Source of the DNA: a virus | Lineage: Duplodnaviria; Caudoviricetes | Length of the DNA: 64,000 nt | Virus record (IMG/VR): IMGVR_UViG_3300027983_002388 | Reading direction: 5' to 3' (one strand) | Shown: one piece after another, positions 56,267 to 64,000 of the stretch | Layout: every line of letters starts with the position of its first letter | Position numbering within the stretch: position 1 is the first letter of the stretch | Program-made: the position numbers and the translations under genes | The notes under the pieces: model-generated | Databases searched by the model: none | What the model was told of the DNA's origin: nothing | What the model saw: the letters and a program-made list of their open reading frames with translations, nothing else

Positions 56267-56815
56267 ATGGCTGTGAATCCTTGGAAGGCTCCTTCCGAAA
56301 TTGTCGAACTGCTCAATCAAATTAAAGACAAGCATCACGCAAGGCTTACTAATGCGTCCATTGGAATTGCTATGGATGATAGTAAGCCTTTTTTGCGTAA
56401 TAAGCTCAATCTTGGAAAGGTGTCGAAATTCAGTCCGTTGGCAAGGCTCTGGCAAGGCCAACAGCATGATTTTTGTTTATCAATCCCGATGGACTTGTGG
56501 CACTCTGTCCTCAAGGGAAATCAACGTGAAGCGTATCTTGATTTACAACTGTCTCGGTGTGGGGTAGAATATCTCCCGGAAGAAATCGAGGAGAACGGCA
56601 AGAAGAAGCCTATCAAGGATGAATGGGGTCGTGTACAGTACACACAAGAGCCAAAACTTGATGATGAAGGGAACCCGAAGTGGAAAGTTGTTCCCCTTGA
56701 TCTTGAGGTTTTCGCCGATAATGTGCGTAGATATGGATTATGGTATGACGATTTAATGGAGTTGAAAGACGCCATTATCGCAGCGCCAGATGCCGGAGGG
56801 GTGAATGGATCGTAG
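56267..56815 (+). CDS. phage metallopeptidase-like protein lacking HExxH
   Basis: W..L...QREAYLDLQLSRC and DLEVF...VRRYGLW fit the family pattern, but HELxH is absent. Confidence 0.5.
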   Translation: MAVNPWKAPSEIVELLNQIKDKHHARLTNASIGIAMDDSKPFLRNKLNLGKVSKFSPLARLWQGQQHDFCLSIPMDLWHSVLKGNQREAYLDLQLSRCGVEYLPEEIEENGKKKPIKDEWGRVQYTQEPKLDDEGNPKWKVVPLDLEVFADNVRRYGLWYDDLMELKDAIIAAPDAGGVNGS

Positions 56816-57242
56816 GCGAATAATAGAACTGGTTATCGTGGGCCTGTGGCTGACTATAGCTGTAGTGCTGTTTATTCACTACCAAAAGGACACCAATAAG
56901 GCTGTTCCTATTCCTGACAAGTTGGTTGCCCCAACTGTGCCAGAATCAGAAAAGGGCAAGCGATTTGATGTTAGCAGGGTAATTGTTTTGCGTGGAGATT
57001 CTTTCGACATGACTATGAAGGATGAGGGGAGTACCCGAATCTTGGGCAAGTTGCCCGTTATGGCCACTGAGAATGCGAAAGAAAAAGTGCTGGACCTGTT
57101 GAACCACAGTACGAATCCGAAAGTTGTTTTGCGTGAGAAGCAGCCGGATGGCCGCTGGACTATTGATTTCTTTTTCACGAATAATGAAAAAGAGCAAAAC
57201 TTGGTCGAGTGGTTGAGTTCCAATAATCTGGTATACAAATGA
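56805..57242 (+). CDS. membrane-anchored hypothetical protein
   Basis: N-terminal transmembrane helix; GGAGG SD. Confidence 0.6.
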   Translation: MDRRRIIELVIVGLWLTIAVVLFIHYQKDTNKAVPIPDKLVAPTVPESEKGKRFDVSRVIVLRGDSFDMTMKDEGSTRILGKLPVMATENAKEKVLDLLNHSTNPKVVLREKQPDGRWTIDFFFTNNEKEQNLVEWLSSNNLVYK

Positions 57243-58429
57243 ACGAACAAGAGGTTGTAGTGACCGAACAAAGGCGTCGTCGGCCCTCAGATGATCTGGC
57301 AATAGAAGCAGCAGAAGAGGATAGTAGTAGACAGGAGCCTCCCAAGCGTGGGCGAGAAAGTGTTCTCGCCAAAACCCAAAGGCTCTTGGCAGACAGGATC
57401 AAAACTGCTCTGACCGAAAAGGGTGTGGCTAAGGTTGCCATTTTTACGCATCCATGTCCCGATCCTGACGCTATCGGATCGCAGATGGGCTTTGCTTGGT
57501 TGCTTCATAAAGCATACGAAGGCATAGAAGTTGATTGCTTTTATGACGGGCATATTTCTCACCCTCAAAATCAGAGAATGTGCAATTTGCTGGACCCGGA
57601 GTTAAAGCTCTATACAGATTGCCAACCAGAAGAATACGACCTGCGGGTTTCTGTTGACACAATTCCAGCCCATGCTTGCTGTCCCGATAACACAAATTTT
57701 GATTTGGTTATCGACCACCATAGAGAAATACCAAACGGTGGCTTCAAAGGGTTATTTTTGAATCTCAAAGGCGGCAGTTGTTGTGCCACCATCTATCAAC
57801 TCATCAAGGCTCACGGCCTGAGCTTCGAGGAAGACAATGATGCTGATTCCAAGGTGGCCACGGCTTTGCTGGTAGGTATTATCACCGATACAGAATATCA
57901 AACCTCGGACGACACCACGGATATAGAACATGAAGCCTATCGTGAGTTGTTTGAGTTTCGCAATTCAGCACATTTGAAAGAAATCACTCGATATAAACAG
58001 CCCCGTGAATGGGTTCAGGCTCGTGCGTGTGTGGCCCAGAAGGCGCATGATCGAATCAAAGACGGTGTATTGATTCATGGGATTGGATTCATCACTGGTG
58101 GTAATCGTGACTTGATCGCCGCAGTAGCAGACGAAATGTTATCTTGGGAGAATGTCGAAACTGCTGTGGCTTTTGCAGTGGTCGATGGTGAGCGAATTGA
58201 AGGTTCGGTTCGCAGCATGAATTCCGCCCTTGCTGTTCCTGGACTTTGTAAAGAATTGGGACATGCTCTTGGAGGTTCGGGTGGCGGTAAATTAGGCAAA
58301 GGTGCATACGCCTACGCTTTGGGTAGTTGTGCCAACGACGGTGAAATGGACGAGAGCATTAAAGAGAAGTTGTGGGAGTTCATCAACGAAAGAGAACTCA
58401 AAAGATTGCACAAGATCATCAAGAAGTAA
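57239..58429 (+). CDS. DHH/DHHA1 phosphoesterase (NrnA/GdpP-like)
   Basis: THPCPDPDAIGS, VDT, IDHH, GIITDT, GSVRS and GGG. Confidence 0.85.
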   Translation: MNEQEVVVTEQRRRRPSDDLAIEAAEEDSSRQEPPKRGRESVLAKTQRLLADRIKTALTEKGVAKVAIFTHPCPDPDAIGSQMGFAWLLHKAYEGIEVDCFYDGHISHPQNQRMCNLLDPELKLYTDCQPEEYDLRVSVDTIPAHACCPDNTNFDLVIDHHREIPNGGFKGLFLNLKGGSCCATIYQLIKAHGLSFEEDNDADSKVATALLVGIITDTEYQTSDDTTDIEHEAYRELFEFRNSAHLKEITRYKQPREWVQARACVAQKAHDRIKDGVLIHGIGFITGGNRDLIAAVADEMLSWENVETAVAFAVVDGERIEGSVRSMNSALAVPGLCKELGHALGGSGGGKLGKGAYAYALGSCANDGEMDESIKEKLWEFINERELKRLHKIIKK

Positions 58430-58432
58430 GCA

Positions 58433-58624
58433 ATGAGAACTTATAGTGAAGTTCAAATTTTATTGAATACATTTATGGTTGGATTTTTGTTCAATGCCTT
58501 AGTGCGGCGATTGAGTGACACTCCAAGACCGCTAGATACGATCTATCCAGCCATAGCAATGGGATTGTGCTTATTCATGTACGTTCCTTTGTTTCTTATT
58601 CGTTATCAAACATTCAAAAAGTAA
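58433..58624 (+). CDS. small membrane protein
   Basis: Two hydrophobic segments. Confidence 0.5.
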   Translation: MRTYSEVQILLNTFMVGFLFNALVRRLSDTPRPLDTIYPAIAMGLCLFMYVPLFLIRYQTFKK

Positions 58625-58628
58625 AAAT

Positions 58629-58925
58629 ATGAATTTCGAGGAATATTACCAGCACTATCTCAGCTTGCATCAAAACAAGATATGTCGTCGGTTGCACGTT
58701 CTAGGGCAACTGGCAACTATTTCGTTTTTGGCCTTCATTATTTACATGGGAAGCTGGTTCTGGTTTTTGTTGCCGCTGTTGCCGTTTGTAGTTTATCCGT
58801 TTGCCTGGGGCGGTCATTTCTTTTTTGAACACAATAAGCCAGCCGCATTCAAAAACCCTATTTGGGCAAAGCTATGTGACTGGCGCATGTTGTTTGATAT
58901 TCTGAGAGGTAAGATTTCCCTATAA
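58629..58925 (+). CDS. DUF962/Mpo1-like membrane protein
   Basis: YL.LH...CRRLH..G and Y.FAW.GHFFFE.NKPA.F. Confidence 0.8.
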   Translation: MNFEEYYQHYLSLHQNKICRRLHVLGQLATISFLAFIIYMGSWFWFLLPLLPFVVYPFAWGGHFFFEHNKPAAFKNPIWAKLCDWRMLFDILRGKISL

Positions 58926-59720
58926 AACGGGAATCTTCTCTAACTGACGTTCCTCGGCCCAAGCCTTAGAAAACTTTGGATGAGGATGCGGGATTACATC
59001 AAGCATTTCTCTGGTTTTCATGACTTCCCATTCAAAGCGTGGATTTTCTTTCTTTGACATTTCCACGACTCTGTGATCGGGCTGGCTTCCTGGTCCCCAA
59101 AACCAACTTTGCATACTGATTGTTTTGTCGATCATGTTTGCATCACGTCGAACGAATCCGTAGTGATAGATGATGATTTCATCTACTTGACGACTTGTGT
59201 ATCTTGGGTCGCATTGTAACACTTCGGCGTCACCATACGCAGGGCAGTCCAGAGTGGCTAGTCTTATGACTTCATCGCTGACAGGTTTGTGTTCCTGGGC
59301 TATATCATATCGCAAATAATGATTGCAGTCGCCCCAAAGGTTACAACGACGAATCATATACGAACGATTTGTTGGATGTTGGATGGCCTTTCTGATTGCC
59401 GCAAAACTTCGTTCGTGAATTACCTCATCAGCTTGAAGCATGAAGTGCCAGTCTGTATTGAGGTATGACTTGGCAATATCAGCCAAGATTCTGAGTCGCT
59501 CGAATTTTTCGTGACACTCCCAATTGGCTCCAGAAATCACTCGTAGCTTCGGCTGGCGAGCTTGAACTTGGGCGAGAAGGTCGAGTGTGCCATCTGTGCT
59601 GCTTGCGTCTACGACAACTACGTCGTCACATACAGCACAAAGGCTATCGAGGGCTTCGGCAACGCAATAGTCAAATTGAATAGCGTTGCGGATAAACATT
59701 GAACCGCCGAGCGTGGGCAT
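58920..59720 (-). CDS. GT2-like glycosyltransferase
   Basis: VVVDASSTDGT, WHFMLQADE and IYHYGFVR. Confidence 0.75.
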   Translation of the reverse strand: MPTLGGSMFIRNAIQFDYCVAEALDSLCAVCDDVVVVDASSTDGTLDLLAQVQARQPKLRVISGANWECHEKFERLRILADIAKSYLNTDWHFMLQADEVIHERSFAAIRKAIQHPTNRSYMIRRCNLWGDCNHYLRYDIAQEHKPVSDEVIRLATLDCPAYGDAEVLQCDPRYTSRQVDEIIIYHYGFVRRDANMIDKTISMQSWFWGPGSQPDHRVVEMSKKENPRFEWEVMKTREMLDVIPHPHPKFSKAWAEERQLEKIPVL

Positions 59721-59737
59721 TTGTTTTCTCTCTCTGC

Positions 59738-60361
59738 TTATTTTTTGAGTAGGCTTATGAATAATCCGTTCCACCATCCTTGGTCTAGCTCCTTTTCAAA
59801 CAGTGTCTTCAGGTTTAATTCCTGTATTGCTTGGCGAGTTCCCCTTTGAGGATCAGGCCAATTCCAATCATCAACTAAAAACAGAAAAGTATCATCCAAC
59901 ATTGGATAAAAATAGGTTAGTGCTTTGAGTTGAGATTCATAGCTGTGGCACCCATCATAAAGAAAGAAGTTGACAGGTTTAGGCAGTTGTTCTTTTGTTA
60001 AAGAAAAACAATCTTGTTCGTAAAATTTGTAGCTATTTGGTGTCAGGAGATTGTCGGTGTATTTAATGAATTCTTTTTTTGTCTCGCCGTCCTGGGCAAA
60101 TTCCGACCAATTGTCTACAGCAATAGAAGAAAGCAGCTTATTTTTGAAATTAGTTGCAACGAAGGTCGCTCCTTTATGGACGCCAACTTCCAGATAATGT
60201 GATCCTGGAAGCTCGCCAAGATTATTCAATAAATGTCTTATTTTAGGACTGGTGAAACCAGGAGCTTCAAAAGCCTCTTTGGTGAGTTTGGATTGTTCCG
60301 TTTCTGCCTTCTGGATGGCTTCTTCGATAAACTTTACGACGGAATCTTCTAGTCTTTGCAT
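59738..60361 (-). CDS. class I SAM-dependent methyltransferase (Methyltransf_24-like)
   Basis: YLEVGVHKGAT, FLYDGCHSYESQ and LVDDWNW. Confidence 0.75.
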   Translation of the reverse strand: MQRLEDSVVKFIEEAIQKAETEQSKLTKEAFEAPGFTSPKIRHLLNNLGELPGSHYLEVGVHKGATFVATNFKNKLLSSIAVDNWSEFAQDGETKKEFIKYTDNLLTPNSYKFYEQDCFSLTKEQLPKPVNFFLYDGCHSYESQLKALTYFYPMLDDTFLFLVDDWNWPDPQRGTRQAIQELNLKTLFEKELDQGWWNGLFISLLKK

Positions 60362-60412
60362 GGGATTATATACCTCGCTTTTAGCTTTTTCTCTCGGCTA
60401 CTCTAATACAGT

Positions 60413-60598
60413 ATGGACAAAAACTTTATCATTAGATGCCCTAAGTGTCGCTGGGCTAGAATGTCTACAGGTATTTCGGAAGACCTCAAAGACCTCAAGG
60501 AAATTGTGACCTGTTCAAATTGCGGTAAGCCTCGGACATTCCGTTGCCCCCAATGTGGACAAATTGCCAAGCAAACCAGAATAAAGAGCAATAGTTAA
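60413..60598 (+). CDS. zinc-ribbon protein
   Basis: CPKC, CSNC and CPQC. Confidence 0.65.
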   Translation: MDKNFIIRCPKCRWARMSTGISEDLKDLKEIVTCSNCGKPRTFRCPQCGQIAKQTRIKSNS

Positions 60599-61764
60599 TG
60601 AAACTCGTTAAGGCTCATTGTCGTAATCCCGGTGATGGAAAACCTGTTGCTAAAGAAGAGTTGATCCCAGAGATCAAGTTTCATAAGCACAAGTTCAACA
60701 ACCGTCCTCAGCCTAAAGACAATCGCCGAATTCTATTCATTACTTGTTTTAGTGAATTTGGTTGTGAGTCCTTGGGGTTGATGTATTGCATACCCAAGAT
60801 TATTCAACAGAACCCAGGCACTTACGTCATTTGTGTAGGTTGGTTTGGCAGAGAGTATCTCTATCGGCATTTGGCCGATGAATATTGGGAGATGCACGAA
60901 GAGTTTCAGTGGCTTCGAGAGCATACCCAGGCTTTTCAGCATACATCCAAGAATTTGTCCAAGCTCGAAGAATCGCTAAAGGACATGGGACAGGTTTATA
61001 AAGGTGCCAGCATGGGGCAGATTTGTCTCGGCAATACCTGTCTCGATTGTCGTCATTTTTGGGGTGACGAAAGTGAATCTGCCAAATGTAAAAAGTGTGG
61101 CTCAGACAATATTGATCGTGCGTTGTTGGCAAATATTCCATATTACAAGAAGTTCGCCGTCCACATACCACAACCTAGTTCCAAGATACAAGTTCAAGCA
61201 AGATCGTATTTGAAGCCAAATTCAGTAGGGGTATTTGCTCGTGGGCGAGTTTGTTATGGCCGCAATTTGCGACCTGAGTTCTATGAGCAATTGATCGCTA
61301 ATTTAGAAGAACATGGATACAACCCTATTTGGCTTGGAGAAAAACAAAGTGTGTTGCCATGTCCTGTTCCTCATATCACTGACTTCAGCCGCCTGCCAGA
61401 GTCACGCAATTTGGAATTGACCTTGGCAATCATTAGTCAGCTAAAGTTTACAGTCCAGTTTTGGACGGCAAGCACGAGGTTGTCATCTATGATGAATGTG
61501 CCGTGGATATTGTTTGAGTCGCCCGATCAGATTGTTGGTATGGGACAGGAAGGCAAGCGAATTGCCTTGAGCACAAATAATGACAAGAAGAAGCTGGTGC
61601 TTTCGCAATATCACAACGTAGTGGAAAAGGAAGATGAAGCTCTGGCACTGGTTAACTTGGCTATATCAGAGATGAATCAAAACAATTGGGATGACATTAT
61701 TGGTTTGGTCGATCAACCGGAAATCATCAAAATGATGCTACTCAGACAGAGTATGTGGAGATAA
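60598..61764 (+). CDS. GT-B/GT9-like glycosyltransferase with zinc-ribbon insertion
   Basis: C-terminal LELTLAIIS...ASTRLSSMMNVPWI resembles GT9; CLDC/CKKC insert. Confidence 0.5.
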   Translation: MKLVKAHCRNPGDGKPVAKEELIPEIKFHKHKFNNRPQPKDNRRILFITCFSEFGCESLGLMYCIPKIIQQNPGTYVICVGWFGREYLYRHLADEYWEMHEEFQWLREHTQAFQHTSKNLSKLEESLKDMGQVYKGASMGQICLGNTCLDCRHFWGDESESAKCKKCGSDNIDRALLANIPYYKKFAVHIPQPSSKIQVQARSYLKPNSVGVFARGRVCYGRNLRPEFYEQLIANLEEHGYNPIWLGEKQSVLPCPVPHITDFSRLPESRNLELTLAIISQLKFTVQFWTASTRLSSMMNVPWILFESPDQIVGMGQEGKRIALSTNNDKKKLVLSQYHNVVEKEDEALALVNLAISEMNQNNWDDIIGLVDQPEIIKMMLLRQSMWR

Positions 61765-62909
61765 ATATGAGTTCCGTTGTAGAATTTCTAAAGCGGTCTG
61801 CCGAACGTAACGGATTTATTCGTGAGCGGTTCGAGGAACGTAAAATACCCACAGATCATAGCAACCTGATCGTCATGCCATTCTTTGGCGATCTGAGAAG
61901 CACTATGGTCATGTCCAGCTTATTGCTTCAGCGATATAGACAAGAGGTTAAAAACTCTAAGTATTTCATTCTTGCATCATGGCCTGGGTTCCAGGGATTG
62001 TTCCCCTATGTTGATGAATATTGGGCTGTCAACGATGATTCGATCATCAAGAAATTTTATGAACAGTCTGATGGATTCAGGAACAAGTCTGACTTAACAA
62101 CGATCTACACTCGCAATCTCAATGAGTTCTTTCGTGACGTTGTTGATTACAAAGAACTCGTGCCATATTACCAGAATGGTTTTACGAACGGCTTCTTTGA
62201 AAAGTTCAGTACGACGAAGCGGTTTTTGCCATTTGTACCTTCATCTACAGCATTAGGCAAAGACTTCAATCGAGACTTGTCAACGAAGGCAGGCTACAAA
62301 GTATTCATTCATCCTTCGATTTTTGCCAAGCAATGGCATGTAGGTAAAAGTCAAAATATTCGCACTAAGCGAGAGTTTTGGACTGAATTGGTCGAGAAGC
62401 TGCTGGCAAACAATTATGTCCCTGTAATTTGGCAAAATTATCTTTCCTATGATATTTCGCAAGAATTCGTAGGTCGATGCCTATTTATAGGAGAGACAGA
62501 TGTGGTGCGTGTTTTGGCGGCAATGCGAACCACGGGTTGTGTGTTGGACGTATTCAATGGTTTGTCACGTCTGGCGATATTAGCCCGATGTCCATTTGTA
62601 GCCGTCGATGAGCGTTCTAGGTATACGAACCTCAAGGAATACGAGATTGACGATTTGTGTGCCTCGGATATTCCGAAGGAATATATTTTCACTTTTTCCA
62701 CTATAATATCAGACGGCAACCCATACAACTGGAGCCTGGATATTTTCCAGTCTATATTGAAAAAGTTGGATAACTTCCTTCCCGAATTGAATAGGGACGA
62801 GTGGCCTTCGACTGGCGAAACCACTGAGATCGTACCGTATAAAGAGTATGTGCGAACCAACGAGCGTATCAAGCTCGGCACACGACTTTTGAAAATAACT
62901 AGAGATTGA
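61755..62909 (+). CDS. GT-B/GT9-like glycosyltransferase
   Basis: VLDVFNGLSRLAILARCPFV resembles the GT9 C-terminal motif; appears paralogous to the upstream gene. Confidence 0.5.
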   Translation: MEINMSSVVEFLKRSAERNGFIRERFEERKIPTDHSNLIVMPFFGDLRSTMVMSSLLLQRYRQEVKNSKYFILASWPGFQGLFPYVDEYWAVNDDSIIKKFYEQSDGFRNKSDLTTIYTRNLNEFFRDVVDYKELVPYYQNGFTNGFFEKFSTTKRFLPFVPSSTALGKDFNRDLSTKAGYKVFIHPSIFAKQWHVGKSQNIRTKREFWTELVEKLLANNYVPVIWQNYLSYDISQEFVGRCLFIGETDVVRVLAAMRTTGCVLDVFNGLSRLAILARCPFVAVDERSRYTNLKEYEIDDLCASDIPKEYIFTFSTIISDGNPYNWSLDIFQSILKKLDNFLPELNRDEWPSTGETTEIVPYKEYVRTNERIKLGTRLLKITRD

Positions 62910-62924
62910 TTAAGGAGCCTAAAA

Positions 62925-63200
62925 ATGGCGTGCAAAGTTGAACTGCGTGACCTGCCAAATAACGCAAGCTGGCAGGAAAGAGATATTGCCTTCAAGAAGA
63001 TGTTTTCAATTTTCAAGAAACAAGTAGCTGAGGCAGGCATATTGCAACAGTGTAAGAAGCACGAATTTTACGAGAGTCCTGGCGAAAAGAAACGTCGCAA
63101 GAAGAAGGAATCTCACAATGCTCGTCTCAAGGCAACGCTCAGGGAGAATTTCCCAGAGCGTAAGCCTAAGAAAGAATTCAAAAACAAAGGTGATAAATGA
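62925..63200 (+). CDS. rpsU: ribosomal protein bS21 homolog
   Basis: F..FKKQV..AGI....KKHEFYESPGEKKRRK. Confidence 0.8.
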   Translation: MACKVELRDLPNNASWQERDIAFKKMFSIFKKQVAEAGILQQCKKHEFYESPGEKKRRKKKESHNARLKATLRENFPERKPKKEFKNKGDK

Positions 63201-63481
63201 CAGCCAAAAAATCTAATATCATGAGCTTGTCGGTCGATCTTGAAATTCAAGATCGGCTGAAGCAGGTTGCAAAGAAAAGAAACGTCAGCGTATCTAAGCT
63301 GGTGCGTGATATGGTTGAAAAGAACCTATCTGCAACAGAAGAAGATGTAGATACGGTTATTTTCAAGATTCCCAATAGCGCTAAGGTCACAGAGATCGAA
63401 CTACGCAAGTGGTTGGCACCAAGGATTGAAAATATCGTTAGAGCCTTGGCAATGGACATTGCCAAGCCAGAAACCGTCTGA
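63197..63481 (+). CDS. ribbon-helix-helix (CopG-like) DNA-binding protein
   Basis: MSLSVD....RLKQVAKKRNVSVSKLVRDMVE. Confidence 0.7.
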   Translation: MTAKKSNIMSLSVDLEIQDRLKQVAKKRNVSVSKLVRDMVEKNLSATEEDVDTVIFKIPNSAKVTEIELRKWLAPRIENIVRALAMDIAKPETV

Positions 63482-63493
63482 TATAATTTTTCA

Positions 63494-64000
63494 ATGAAGC
63501 CAAAATCCGAACCTCTTGCGATAGTTCCTATAGCAGACATTCCACAGGCTGTGGATGTTCCTGTCGATAATCTACTAGCCATATTTCGTTCCATCACGCA
63601 GATGGAACAACTTTGCACGGCCCAACAAGGAATTGGATTATCGGCAGTTCAAGTAGGCATTCCTTGGAAGCTCTTTATCGTTCAAAGAGGCATCGGCTAC
63701 GAATATTACATCAATTGTGAGTATAATGGCATTGGTGAAAAGCAGATGTCCATTGAAGGCTGTTTGTCCTTGAGGGATTCTCAGGGTGAATTGCGACGGT
63801 TCGAGGTTGAACGATATTCCTCGATTCTTGTGAAGGGAAAACAATTGAAAATATCCGAGTCTTCCTCTTTGGTTTTGGAAGACGTGAATCGGGTAGAGCA
63901 TGATCTATATGCAGTTGTTTTCCAACATGAGATAGATCATTTTTTTAGACGGGAAAAAATGATCGACGTAATTGGAGCGGAAATTGAGTTTTCAACATGA
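63494..64000 (+). CDS. def: peptide deformylase
   Basis: GIGLSAVQVG, EGCLS and QHEIDH motifs. Confidence 0.9.
   Translation: MKPKSEPLAIVPIADIPQAVDVPVDNLLAIFRSITQMEQLCTAQQGIGLSAVQVGIPWKLFIVQRGIGYEYYINCEYNGIGEKQMSIEGCLSLRDSQGELRRFEVERYSSILVKGKQLKISESSSLVLEDVNRVEHDLYAVVFQHEIDHFFRREKMIDVIGAEIEFST

Noticed and set aside
58629-58660. MNFEEYY as another capsid-targeting sequence
   Set aside because: It is explained by the normal N-terminus of the DUF962-like membrane family.
1-64000. Stop-codon reassignment
   Set aside because: Recognisable genes are full length in the standard code, and TAG, TGA and TAA all end genes at expected positions.
1-64000. tRNA genes
   Set aside because: The only convincing T-arm plus acceptor stem belongs to the tmRNA; no cloverleaf was seen in intergenic gaps by eye. 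tRNAscan-SE would be decisive.

Overview
A 64 kb segment of a large T4-like (jumbo or huge) tailed-phage genome, read in the standard genetic code; no host can be assigned from sequence alone. It holds a replication/recombination set: gp32-like SSB, RecA/UvsX, a Ski2-like helicase, dNMP kinase, ThyX, and a DnaE polymerase split into two genes about 13.6 kb apart. It also holds a translation/RNA-maintenance set: tmRNA, CCA-adding enzyme, 2H phosphoesterase, bS21 and peptide deformylase. Further blocks are a PrkA(YeaG)-YeaH-SpoVR-ClpP cluster, a dispersed glycan pathway (HldE plus GT2/GT9/GT34-like genes and methyltransferases), and a cluster of collagen-like fibre genes. The most striking feature concerns the three cis-inteins. 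The helicase intein has no in-frame endonuclease but carries a complete LAGLIDADG homing endonuclease overprinted in the +1 frame with its own Shine-Dalgarno site. The intein in the C-terminal DnaE gene has the same layout with a short, probably decayed +1-frame ORF. A 25-nt dyad motif shared upstream of recA and dnaE-C, capsid-targeting-like N-termini and two candidate structured RNAs also merit follow-up. All family assignments come from motif recognition by eye, not database searches.
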